NCBI GenBank assembly: GCA_030248215.1
Contig: JASANG010001546.1
Coordinates: 434,001 to 498,000 of the forward strand
Direction of reading: 5' to 3'
Length of the DNA: 64,000 nucleotides
Origin: Enoplolaimus lenunculus
Taxonomy: Eukaryota
The translations under genes were made by a program, and so were the position numbers. The notes under the pieces are model-generated. The model was given only the letters and a program-made list of their open reading frames with translations, did no database searches and had not been told where the DNA came from. Position 1 is the first letter of the stretch; the number at the start of each line of letters is the position of its first letter. Positions 35,460 through 47,640 of this stretch are shown piece after piece.

Positions 35460-38400
35460 ATTTTATTATGCAAATAAATGGTAAAAGTCAGTTCCATTGG
35501 CAACAATCAACCAAATCATTGTCGAAGAATTTATGAAAATCGCTACGAAACATTTGATTTGGTTTGATTTTTAGATCTGAAGGAATTTTTTAATTTCACT
35601 GAAAAGTTTACCGCCGTCAGACAGGAAATTGAAACAAAACACACGACATCCAGAGAGGAAAACTAGCGAAATTTATTAAAAGAAACAAACAAATAAAAGT
35701 GTTCACTGTCCAAAATGCCAACTTTTATTATGGAAAATAACGGAATTTTTTAAACAAATATTGAAATATTTGGATGATTTCACCAAGTTTTTACGAATTT
35801 GTAAAGCCTACGGCATTTACGGCAAATTCATTGGCCAGAAAACGTCTTCAAATCAGTGAAATCTGAAATTTTAAACAAATTAATTTACAGAAAAGTTCTA
35901 AAAACTGTTCATTGTTTTACAGGGAATTTGTGTTCCACAAGGAAGGAAAACATTCGTTGGCAAAAACGTCCAATGTGAAAGACAGACAGACACAAATACA
36001 TCGTTTGTGGATACAGACAGGCTTTTTTCAGTTGGCATTGTCTCTAAATGTGAATCTTTGATCGTTGGCCTGAATTGGCATTTTGAGAGAAGAATCGAGT
36101 TATTGTTTATCGTCGCGTGCCATCTTCAAAGAACACACCGCCATCAAGAGCACAGTATTTCGGACATACACCACGTTCACCAGCAGGTCCAGGAGGTCCA
36201 GGGGGTCCATTTGGTCCAGGTCGGCCGTCTTGGCCAGGATTACCAGGTTGACCAGCAGGGCCTCGTGGTCCAGGTCCGCCAGGCTGTGCGCTTGTTCCAG
36301 GACGGCCATCAGGACCAGGTGGACCTGGTGGACCAGGTGGACCATTCGGACCAGGATCTCCAGGTGTTGGTGGAGTGCTTTCTGCAGGTCGACCTGGTTC
36401 TCCTGGTTGACCGTCACTGCCTGGTCGGCCTGAATCACCCGGAGGTCCTGGTGGTCCTGGTCGGCCTGGGTTGCCATCGTTCGCTGGACGGCCAGGGTTG
36501 CCTGGACGGCCAGGATCACCTGAAAAACAAGCGATTCCATACATTAATCAGGAATCCTTAAATAAGACAATTTTTCGATGTAATGCACGAGGTTATCAAC
36601 GCCCTAAAACATTTGTATTCTCCTATATCGCGTTTATTTTACACCAAATATGACATCCCTGCGTTTAGAGATGGCAAAAAATTTTAAACATCTGTTATCT
36701 TCTGTATGCATCAAAACTGCACCAAAATAGTTTTTCTGTTCTAAATTTTAATTTAAGTTTTAAAAAATTGACTGAAAGGAAAAAATGTAATTTACAGCCG
36801 TATTTTAGGCTGTAAAAATTTGTCCTTGAAATAAGCAAAACCAGAATTAAATTCCCTAAAAAGTTCATTTTTTCGTCTCTCGATTATTTCGGGAGGGATT
36901 TTATTCCCTGTCCCTGAAATGTTGACAATATTTGGAGATTTAAACGCAATGTTTTTAGGTCAAAATGTTATGTATATAATAGGCACATACATACATGCCT
37001 TACATATATTTTGATGATATCAACTATTGTTTAAATTTACATCCTGGTTTTTACACATTTTTGTGTTAAAAAATTAAAAAAAATATATTTAAAAATACGC
37101 AAAATGTCAGTTTTGCTGATTTGCACTAAAGTCTCCGTAGTGAAATTCACTCGACCATGAAACTTTAAACGCTTTTCTGCGACAAAATTAGTAATTTTAT
37201 TTCAACAGCAAAACAGTCGTTTTTGCATTGTTTTGAAGAGAAAAACGCCATTTTATGCAACTTTTATGTCACAAAACTGACGAATTTTAAAATTTTTTGA
37301 GCAAAAAACGAGCAAAGATAAATTAACACACAAACTCAACACAACTGGGGCATCCAGGAACTGGTCCTTTGTAAGACTTTCTTGCTGGGCCTCAGGAGCT
37401 GGACCTTGAACCTTAATGCCGGATACAACCGCGAGTTTTGCCTCCGTCTTCGGCTAAATTTCCATGACTGCTTTCTCTGCCTCTGGTATTCTGCTTTAAG
37501 TCCATCTCCGGTTGCATTCCGTTTTTCTAATTTTCAGCCACGGCAACAACTTAAACATGGCTGTTAAGTTTAGCAAATAAATACGCTGTCATTAGTGAAT
37601 TAGTTTAACCAAGAGTGGATAATGACCATTTTCTGTGCAACTGAGTAAATTCTGTGAACAAAAGAATGTATCCAGCGAACTTTGCGTTATGGCTGACTCC
37701 CTCTTATTTAAGGGATATCTATGCCGTTTTTGTTTGCAACTCAAATTGTTTCGGTGGTACATTTTGTTCCGCACATTTTTAACAAAAGTTGCACACTCCT
37801 GTCTAAGAGTGATCATCGACTCTTGGTTTAACCTTAAAGAACATTTTACCTCGGGGTCCGCCGGGTCCAGGAGGTCCAGGAGGTCCAGGTGGGCATGGTC
37901 GGCATGGAGGTGGCGTTGGTTCTTCGCAGACGGCGGATGGACGGCCTGGGAAGCCTGGTTGTCCTGGCATTCCTGGATAGCCATGGCGACCATTAGCGCC
38001 TGGTTTGCCTGGTGGACCAGCAACGCCAGGCAAACAGCATCCTGAAACAAGAAAAATACAAGATTCAATTGTCGCTGCAAAAGGTTTCCGATGAAAAAAA
38101 GAGTTTCATACATCCGCCAACGTGAAATAACTGAAAACAAAAATAAAACAGCTAAAAAGTAACAGCCTTGTCAGATACAAAGTGATTTACAGCTCATAAG
38201 TTTCATTTCCTCACACTGTAAATTTCAGTGAGTTGATTTGAACTTAGAATTAGTTGAATCACTCAGTTTGACTTATGACGATCAGAACTCTGAATTTTGA
38301 ATTGATTGAATTCATTCTGAGTGAATTAACTGGCTCACCCATAGTCAACTCAATTCAAAGTGAGAATCAACTCAGCTCAAGGTGAGTTAATGTTTACTGA

Positions 38401-38626
38401 TATTAAAATTCAGAAATAACCAACTCGCTAGCTGAACTGATTAATCAACTCATTGGAATTTACAGAGTAAAATTAAAGAAATAAAACAGAAATGTATTAA
38501 TCAAACGACAAAAGAATTTTAAAATAAAACACAAAATAATTGGCTGAGCATTCAAGTTGAAATATTGGCTTTACTGAATTAAGTCTGGTTCAATTCAATG
38601 AAGTTTTATTCAAACCAAAATTCGCT
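35460..38626. repeat. Right arm of inverted segmental duplication (as far as pairable within the window)
   Basis: Reverse complement of 1-3198. Confidence 0.97.
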
Positions 38627-39971
38627 GGTTCAAAAGTTGTGATCTTTTGGGGATTGATGCTATACGCCATAGTGAATATACGAGCATGAATGAACCATTT
38701 ACCCGTCTTACAGGAATTTATTTGACAAAAACGTTCCAGAAGCTTAAATTTAATTGGTTGTTTCGTTTTGTATCAGACAGAATCTTTTTACCAAAAATGT
38801 TCAAATTTTACAATATTTTGCATATTTGAATTTCTCACGGCTTTCCCCAATCATTTCAATTTCAAACAATTCGATTTTTTCTGTTTCATGGACCCTTCTT
38901 GAGTTCATAGCAATATTTTGTCAAAAAGTTAGAAAATTTATACATCTGTTAATTTTTAGCTGGCAAAGAGCAGTGCTGATCCGAGCAGCGATAAAATTAT
39001 CGCTATTGGTCCAATGTCAGGGGCGTCCGCAGAAAATATTGTTATGGTGGCACCGCATAATTTTGGGACGATCTTACAATTGCAACTCAAGATTGCTCAC
39101 TTTTAAACCGAATCAATTTGGGGGGGGCACGGCCCGCCAATGCTCCATCCCCCCGTGTCACACCCGTGAAAAAGGATCCGGAGTAATCCAATAGCTGACT
39201 CTGGCACTTTAATCAAGGGCTGGAGCCTGAGCAGTGATTTGCTCACAACTGTTTAACCAGTTTACCGTCAAAAACTTAAAGACATTTCACTCAGCTCCGC
39301 AAGCAACGTTGAATGAAACAATGCCGAACTTTTCAACAAAAAACTGTTTCGGCTCCAAAACGAAAAAAAGGCAGATTTGAAATTCATTTTCGTTGTAAAC
39401 AAATTAAAAATGCTGGTTTGTAAACGAATTTCTAACAAAATTTACCTTCACAGCCAGGAGTTTGACGTTTGGCAATTGTGCGGTTTGAGTAGACGGGTCC
39501 ACTGGTGTATGCACCAGTCATCACTTTTCTGGCTGCGCTCTGAAAAAAATTGAAAACAAATTAAAAATTAAACATTAAAAATAAAATATTGTCAACCAGA
39601 ATAAATGGCATCTGCGCCGTTTGAAGAAATGCCATCATTAAATTTATTATCGTCGAACAAAAATCATTTGAGATATTTCAAACGGCAGAAGAAAGCAGAA
39701 TTTTGGTAAACGGGATTAAAGGAAAAATTAACAAATTTTTCACAAAAATCAGGTGAAAACTACAATTTAACATTTTTGAAGAATTTGAAAACAAATCAAA
39801 TCTTACATGGCAAAATTCCATATCGCGTTGAGCAGTTTGTTGCATATACGTCACATAATTGTTTACTGCAGGAAGAGTAACAGCAACGGCCAAAATTGAC
39901 ACAAAACTGAATGCAACTGCAGAATATGCGACAAGCTTGTACGCTTGTTCTCGGGCTCCGTCTTCAACCAT
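36107..39971 (-). CDS. Cuticle collagen, copy B, complete, 287 aa
   Basis: Exons 39807-39971, 39446-39539, 37850-38041, 36107-36519. Col_cuticle_N domain ([40 protein letters not shown]...FC), NRTIAKRQ basic processing site, CEGCCLPG, Gly-[12 protein letters not shown]. Confidence 0.97.
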
Positions 39972-40050
39972 GATTTTGCTATTTTCCGTATTCAAAATCT
40001 AAGCTCAAACCCGTCACAATTTACTAACTTTTAACTTCTGAGAAACGTTT

Positions 40051-40057
40051 CTGAAAA
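40051..40057 (-). promoter_or_regulatory. TTTTCAG acceptor upstream of collagen ATG (candidate SL trans-splice site or 5'UTR intron)
   Basis: Consensus nematode acceptor about 80 nt before the ATG at 39971. Confidence 0.55.
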
Positions 40058-40952
40058 ATATAAGCAACACCGATTCATTGCCGTTAATTAATTGAATTGC
40101 AAAAAAATGCTTAAAGAAATGAACGAAATAAAGAAGGCATTTGAAGTTTTCAAGGCTTCGATTACAAAAATGGAATCATCTGAACATCAGTTGGTTTACA
40201 GTCGCTATTTTAATGAAATCAATTGTGGCCTGTCGGCGACATTGAACTCATTTTCCGATTTTTAACTCAAATCTGGTGCAGGAAAACTGTTCAATTTTAA
40301 TCATTTCAGCTTTCGATTTATGTAATTGTGAAAGTTCGTCAGACCAAAGAATCAGTTTATTCGTTAATCCCAGTTGTGCCAAGGTGTCTTATTCCTAAAT
40401 CAACAGGATTCTGGCAATAAATCCCTTAAATACAGGCGATAACTCAACAAAAATAGTCAGGGATGAAACCAACATCATATTTCACTTAAGTTCAAAAGTA
40501 TTTTTCAGTCTAAACTCAGTGAGAAAACGCAAATCTTAAATGCAAAATGTTTGTTGTTGAGAAACATAAAAGACTGAAACTGCGTTGTTCATCCTTACAA
40601 TTAATATTTTACACCAAAGACCAGTAATGAATGCATGCATTTGTGCAGTCAAAAACAATGTTTTGTGTTGCCCTTAAAATTTGGGGCATCGCACGATGAA
40701 ACTTGGACAGAGGCGGAGACTTGAAAATTTTCAATTTTAAACAATATTTTGTGCTTGAAAATGGACCAACTTTTAACATCTGAGTTGTTTTTGATGCTTA
40801 AACGCGCTTTCTTAATACTTTTTCACCAAAAATGTTTGCATGTTTCCTGTGTGTATGTGTGTCTTTGTGGGTGTCTCGGCATCTTGTGGGTGTCCCCGTT
40901 ATACGACCATGCAACGCCAGGTGACGCTTGTGAATGCACTTGAAGGTGTGGC

Positions 40953-40970
40953 TGATAATCGGATTTATCA
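40953..40970. promoter_or_regulatory. Inverted pair of GATA sites upstream of collagen copy B
   Basis: TGATAA-TCGGAT-TTATCA; GATA (ELT) sites are known hypodermal elements in C. elegans. Confidence 0.4.
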
Positions 40971-41014
40971 CTGCTTGTGTAAATGCATAATGCAACATTA
41001 TTTTTTCAGCGTAC

Positions 41015-41016
<2 letters not shown>

Positions 41017-41053
<37 letters not shown>
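41017..41053. repeat. (TTA)n microsatellite
   Basis: About 12 units. Confidence 0.9.
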
Positions 41054-43033
41054 TATTGCAGTTTTACTATACGCGGCCAAAAAGCCAACACATCTCCTGG
41101 ATGCAACTTAAACTAATGTGTTGCTGCTGAAACAAATTCTCCTACTTTAAGTAAAGCTTCATATTGTAAGACGTTGCATTTTAGTAAATTTAGGACACAC
41201 AAAAACTAAAATGTCAAAATTTAGCGCAACCTAAAATTAAAATTTTTGCACTAAAAACAGGTTTTTTTCTCTGCTCAAAGTCTTGAATTTTAATAAAAAT
41301 TACGTTGATATGTGTTTCAGTGTTGTTTTTATAATCAATTTAGTTCACATTTTAAAATGTCCTCCTGGAGGGCATAAACTGTCTCAACGATGCGGTGTAT
41401 GCGTGTAGTGAAAACACACTAACCAACCTGGTTTTAAAAGCATCATAAGACGTAAATTTTAAAATGTTTAAAACAATTTATGAACGTTTTTCAAAAAAAA
41501 TTATTTAGTCGAGAAGCGAAAATTAAAATTTTAGTCAGAAATGTGTAACCAAGTTTGATATGTGATTGCGTTACCAGTTTTTAAAGCAATGACAGCAGTT
41601 GCAAACACTGAATATGGCTCTTGTAGCCACTTTCACCACTGTTACGTTTAAGCATTAATTTAAGCAAAAAACTCAGTTATGCCTAAGCTTAAGTCTACGT
41701 CTTTAGCCTAAATTCAAGTCTTGTAAGTGTATCAAATTTTGACATCAGTTGGAGTTGGTAAAGTCAAGAGAGGGAATAATCGCTATTTAAGAAGAGTGTG
41801 TCGTGTGTAACTGGGCGCATTCTGTGTTGAAAAAATGTATCCGGCAGGCGTTTCGTGTTAGACTGAACGGTGCGAACAATGACACTTTACGTAGTCGGCA
41901 TGAAACATGCTCCCCTTATAGTTAAATTTAGGGGTATTCATCTGATAGCAACCCCCTCTAAACAAGGGTTCGGCGAAAAACGTAACGCCAGGTGGTACAT
42001 TTTGAACCATGCGGGACCCCATCAATTGCTCACCCTTGTCATTATCCATCCTTCGTAAAATTCATATATTGAACTTAGGTAAATAAAACGAGTCAAGTGA
42101 GGATTAGAAAAAACAGTTTGGCTTATGTAAGTAGGCCTTTACCAAAAATAATGCACACAAAATGAATTGTCTTGAATCTTCAAGACTAATTCTTTCTCAA
42201 ATATTTAAGAGAAATTAGTAGCCTTACTCACAGCTCAGAAATTGACGTCTGGAATGGCTAAAAGTAAAATTTCTTATATTTAAGAAATAACTGTTGCCAA
42301 TTTATAAGACATAAATTTCTTTCTTTCAAGAAATGGTTTTCTTTTATTAAAGAATTAATTTTTTTATTTTTATGTACGTAAAACAGTAAAAAAGTTGTTC
42401 GGTTTATATTCTTAATAAGAGTGTGTTTAAATAATCCAATTTTAAGGATATTTCGGGTTGAGCTGAGGCTCCCCCAAACTAAGTTTGTCCTGGACGTATT
42501 TTAGGTTGTAAAGTTGGGGTATTTGGTTGAGGTTAACCCCCACATTTTAGAATCCCTAAAGTTAAAAATTTACTTTGACATAAACCAAAGTCTATACCTA
42601 TTAAGAGCCTATGCGTAAATATGGATTAGTGTGTGAAAGCCAACGGGTTTCACAGACTTTTAAAAAATTTATGTTTCAGAGAACACTTGAAACTGCCGGT
42701 GGAAGGGTACAACCGCTGGCTTAACAGCAAAAAATATAGTGTCATTGAAATCAATTCAATAAAACTTTTTGAATAATTTATGGTGAGAAAATTTTATTGA
42801 AATCCTTACAATTTTTTTATATAACCGTTTCAGGATATGGATACACTCAAGACTGCTGCGCGTCACAGAAGAACAAAATTATATCGAAGCGTTCAATATG
42901 GTTTAAATGGGCAGTTCAGGCCTCGTCGCACATCTCGGAAAATTTGGTTTGTTTGAAATGTTTTGAATTTAAAGTATAAACTTTTCATTCTTAAGTCTTA
43001 TACAAATACGGTTAATAAGTTATTAAGTTATTT

Positions 43034-43370
43034 AGCCCATGTTACTTTAAGGGGCATCCTGGTTTGTGATGGGTCTATAAAGTAGCAGGATTAGATTCTA
43101 GATCACATTTTTTGCTGAAGATTAGGCTTAGGCTTAGGAACACATTTTTGCAACGCTTAGGCTTAGGCTTAGGCTTAGGAACACATGTTTGCTTAGACTT
43201 AGGTTTAGGCTTAGAAACACATTTTTGCAACGCTTAGGCATAGGCTTAGGCTTAGGAACACATTTTTGCAACGCTTAGGCTTAGGAACACATTTTTGCAA
43301 CGCTTAGGCTTAGGCTTAGGCTTAGGAATACGCTTAACCTATTGTTACGCCCCTAAAAGTAACATTGGCC
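43034..43370. mobile_element. Telomere-repeat-bearing MITE, family B, internally expanded
   Basis: Family-B TIRs; interior has ~5 tandem units of (GCTTAG)2-4 + GAACACATTTTTGCAAC. Confidence 0.9.
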
Positions 43371-44021
43371 GTTAATTCGTATACGACAAATACGGTTAAT
43401 AAAGTTTTGTAATTTTGTTTTGCGTTGGCGAGTTTTATGTGAATTTTTGTTTATTATTTTTCGACAAACCAAATCGTAAATATTAAAAACATTAATACAC
43501 CAGAGCTTTCTTGCATTTCAATACTCGGTCACTTCTGCAAACCGGTGATACGGTTTTGTCTGCGAGCGGATTTAGCGGAATCGTCCTTTATAAAATAAGT
43601 TGATTTGCGAAAAAAGTGTTTTGGTTTTAACTCTCAATTCTAGAAACCTTTAATCCAGTCCAAGCAGTGAATACTCATGCCGAATTATAAATACCTGCCC
43701 ACTGAGAGACAGGAAGACAGGGAAACTTTAAAACTGCAAATTCTAGGCTTAGGCTTTGGTTTAGGCTTAGCAGACAGTCTCGTACAGTAAACGTGGGCCA
43801 CTATTGAGACAATGATCTGATAAATATCCCGGTTTGAACGCCTCTGTGTTACGTATTAAGAGGAATGCGTATATTATATTAATAGTATTTAACCTACTAA
43901 ATTTTTAGGAATTATTGACGAAACATATTTAAGATATACTTAGATTATTTTCAATGAATAATTAAACAGCTTTTACGTATTTCCATTCATTTATAGTAAA
44001 AAATACTTACACTCAATTTTG

Positions 44022-44166
44022 GGCCAATGTTTTAGTTTAAGGGGCGTAACAGTATATTAAGCGTATTGCTAAGCCTAAGCCTAAGCAAAAAATGTAATCT
44101 AGAATCTAAACGTACTCTTTTATACACTTACCAGAAACCTGGACGCCTTTTAAAGTAACACGGAAC
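44022..44166. mobile_element. Telomere-repeat-bearing MITE, family B
   Basis: Perfect 8-bp TSD CAATTTTG; internal CTAAGCCTAAGCCTAAGC. Confidence 0.88.
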
Positions 44167-45573
44167 CAATTTTGTAAATATTGTTTTTAAGGTCAAACTG
44201 TGTTTAATAATAGATTGTCTTTTTTGTGTATTTTTATACCTTCGTCACAGAATATTTTATTAATAGTAAGTTTCGTTCATTCGATGCGCAGCTCTGCAAC
44301 TTCAGTTGAGTTGAACTTTGACTGTGAATTTTGCGTCATCCTATTTTACTTGTTTTTAGCACACCATTCTGAGATAAATTAATTCAATTTGAGTAAAATT
44401 AAAACGATAAAAATTTGAGATTTGACTCAGTTTGTGTAGTTCCGTAGAGCACATTTCGGAGAGAGTCGTTTTGACTCACTATTCTTTGCAGTGTAAGCAT
44501 GAGTAGAGATAATTAAGCATTCTGAGTTTAATTCAACTTTGAGATAAAAACTTCAACTCAACAGAATTTACAGTGAAGTTGAAATAACAGTATATACAAA
44601 CCTAGTCACCATAAGGACACGGTATTCTATTTATGTGTAAGATAATAAGCTTTGATGTCCACGTCTTAGAATTAGGCTTAAGCTTATTCTTAGGTTAAAT
44701 TTGAGTACAAAGGAAGGTGCACAAGTGCCTAAACTGGCTTAATAAATGTTTACTACAAAATTCGGTATAATGATGGTTTGATATATGTTTGTTTCAGATA
44801 TCAATTTCATTCATAGTTTTTTCGCTTTACTTCTACGTTTACTTCCACGAAAACGAATTATTTATCTGCAAGTAAAGAAAATAACATGTGGTGATAGTGT
44901 TAGTTTTTCCCAGCTTCAATTATAGAATGTTTTGAGTAAAAATTCCTAAAAATAACCAACGACACCAGTTTGTTATTATTTTTGGCTTTTAAGTCAGTCA
45001 ATTTATTGTTAAGCGACCACTCATAGAATGACATTCGACCTAAAGATAATTTTAGAAAAAAGAATAATATGCCAATTTTTCTTAAATTTTCGAATGACAC
45101 CGATTTTCAATACCGAACATACCGGAAACTTTCAGTGAAAAAAATACCAGATTTATTACCGGTACGGGATAGTGAAAAATGCCGGATTTCCCTACCGGAA
45201 CCCGAATTCCAGTTTGCACCCCGATACGTATATATGTATATATGTATGAGTGATGTTCAATACGCCTAGTTTAACTTTTATCGTGTCTAATGAGATTTTG
45301 AGAAATCGAAACGTAACATGTATATTAATAACGAACAGATAATAAACCACGTACCGATTTCAGCTCATGCTATCGTTGTTTTGAAAACAATAATTAGGCT
45401 AAAACATGAAATTGAGCAAGGAAATGTATATATTTCTGACCGTTATTCTCTGATATTCTTTACTGACAGGAGTAGTGAGTAAATATAATTTCTTAGCACC
45501 AAAGCGCAGCTTTTACTTTATAGCAAATTTTAGATTAAAAAATTTAAATTAAGACGTATAAGTACCGTACTTA

Positions 45574-45917
45574 CTCTCTAAAAACTTAAACTTAAATTGT
45601 AGCTCAACTAAACTTGAATATCAGTTTAAGTAAAACTTAAATGGTTGGACGGACTAACTAAACTAGAATTTTAAGTTTTACTTAAACTAATGTGTTTTTA
45701 AGCTTAACACGAGTTTAAGTAAACTTATTTTTAGATTAAAGTAACAAGTGCATTCGTGCATCTAAGAGTTCATTAAGTTTAGCTTAAACTGAAAATATGT
45801 AAGATTTTAAATCAGTTTAAGCGTAAGCCTACCTGTAGTTTAGTTAATCTTAAAAGTTAGTTTAATACTGCTGGATTAGCTTAAGCTTAAATCAAGTTAG
45901 TTTAAGCTTTTAGAGAG
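45574..45917. mobile_element. Foldback MITE with TA flanks
   Basis: TA|CTCTCTAAAAACTTAAACT...AGTTTAAGCTTTTAGAGAG|TA; interior rich in CTTAA/TTAAG. Confidence 0.75.
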
Positions 45918-46972
45918 TATAAAATAGTTCAAAGTTCGGTGTCAAATTTTCTTTCCAAAGAAGTGATCTTGCGGTTTTCTTTAAAAAAGTTGTAATATTG
46001 TCAAGGCATTTGCCGACAATTCAAATATCCAAAACGTACAGTCGAAACCACTAACGGTTCCCAATTGAACTCAGCCTAACTCGCAGAAACACTTTGTGGT
46101 TCTAATAAAAGATTCGAAATTTCAATTGAGAGCTTTAGTTGAATTCAACGTTTGGCTCCCGGAAAGTGTAACTTTTTGTCAAAAATGTACTTTATCGATT
46201 ATATGGCGACGGGTCAACTTATGCAGCGTTCTCGTTACAACCGGGCAGCTTGGGACATGTTTTGTTCCTATTAAACTATTGGGTAACATTTTGTCTGCTT
46301 GTAGACCCCATATCGTATTCAAAAATTCGTATTTGTCTGCTATTATCATGTGTAGGCACCTTTTGTTCTTCAATATCATTATGATTTTCGAGGTATTATC
46401 TGCGAATAAGATATATTTTCAAACGTATGCATGCTTGAGGTAACATACCCAAATTGGCCTGTTGCATATCATATGATACCAGAATATGAAATTTAATTTT
46501 TTGAATTATTAAGCTATGGTTGTATAAGCGACTTTCTGTTGAAAACGTTTTGCAGGCGTGTATTTGGTATTTAAAGCACATTTGTGCCTCTCCCGTTTGA
46601 CTTTTCATTCATTTATCACCACCAAAGATGGCACTGTCCCGCTGAATATAATATTATATTCGTTAAAAATTTGGAATATCATATGATATTCGCATAAATG
46701 TCCCACAGTATCACACGACATACAGTTCCTTGTACACATTGATTATTTGAGAGCGGTGTCCTATAAGCTAAGGTCATATAACATTCGAGCTTTGTCTGTT
46801 AACGCGATATAAGAGCCCGAATTTTAACGTTGACGTCCAATCTAATCCAAATCAATCAAATGCGAGTCTTTGCCAATAACAGATTAGAAGCAGCCATCAT
46901 AGGTACAGAACTTTATTTATGCAATTTTGACTTTTCAGTGTAAACACTAAAATTACAAAATCATATTCAATT

Positions 46973-47389
46973 ATGCTTCGGTATGCATCGCTAACAACTT
47001 TGATATTCGTAGCTTCAGCTCCAATAATTAATTGCTTTAGCTTAATAGTCGCAGGCAGCTTACCACTTAACGATTTGAGGGCAAATTTTGATGGAGTAAA
47101 GCTCAACAACGAACTGACCCCTCCAAGTTTGCCGTTAACGAAAGTTTTGCGTTATGAAAGTACGCAGAAGCAACATTTGCATATTTTGCCTGTAAAAATA
47201 CGGGTTGCAAGACGTGCCAGGTCCCGATATGAACATTTTGTTTCGCCAAATGAATCAACTGCAGAAGAACGGTACAGCAGTCGGTCTGTACCAGGGCAAT
47301 TTCAAAAGTATAACGGCCAGCATTACAAAGATATGCTGATTGCAAGAAAATGGTATCCGTTTACTCGAAGTTTCGGAACAATGGGATGA
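46973..47389 (+). CDS. Candidate secreted neuropeptide precursor, 138 aa
   Basis: ATG start, hydrophobic N-terminus, RVARRAR site, RK followed by WYPFTRSFGTM-G-stop (amidation signal). TATAAGAG at ~46808, TTTTCAG at 46932-46938, AATAAA at ~47658. Confidence 0.7.
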   Translation: MLRYASLTTLIFVASAPIINCFSLIVAGSLPLNDLRANFDGVKLNNELTPPSLPLTKVLRYESTQKQHLHILPVKIRVARRARSRYEHFVSPNESTAEERYSSRSVPGQFQKYNGQHYKDMLIARKWYPFTRSFGTMG

Positions 47390-47425
47390 ATGGTTGACGA
47401 GTAGCGAAGATATTTTAATGTTTAG

Positions 47426-47640
47426 GGTCAATGTAAAGAACAGGGTCGGAACTGTATTGCAAGCATATTTCTAAGCCTAAGACTAAGCCTAAGCCTAGAC
47501 CTAGACCTAAACGCAAGAATGAGCATATTCCTAAGCCTAAACCTAAGCGTAAACCAAGCAAAAAATTAGTCAAAAGCTTAAGCTTACTCTATTGCAGTAC
47601 CACAGAAAAAAGTTGCGCCTCTGATCTTTACATATGGGCC
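47426..47640. mobile_element. Telomere-repeat-bearing MITE, family A, in the putative 3'UTR
   Basis: Family-A termini; TSD ATGTTTAG/AAGTTTAG. Confidence 0.88.

Noticed and set aside
38754..39194. 146-aa plus-strand ORF
   Set aside because: Non-ATG start, antisense within a collagen intron, overlaps repeat-like sequence and has no protein features.
43120..43330. True telomere or CRISPR-like repeat-spacer array
   Set aside because: It is enclosed by MITE TIRs, the spacers are near-identical rather than unique, the context is eukaryotic and there are no cas genes.
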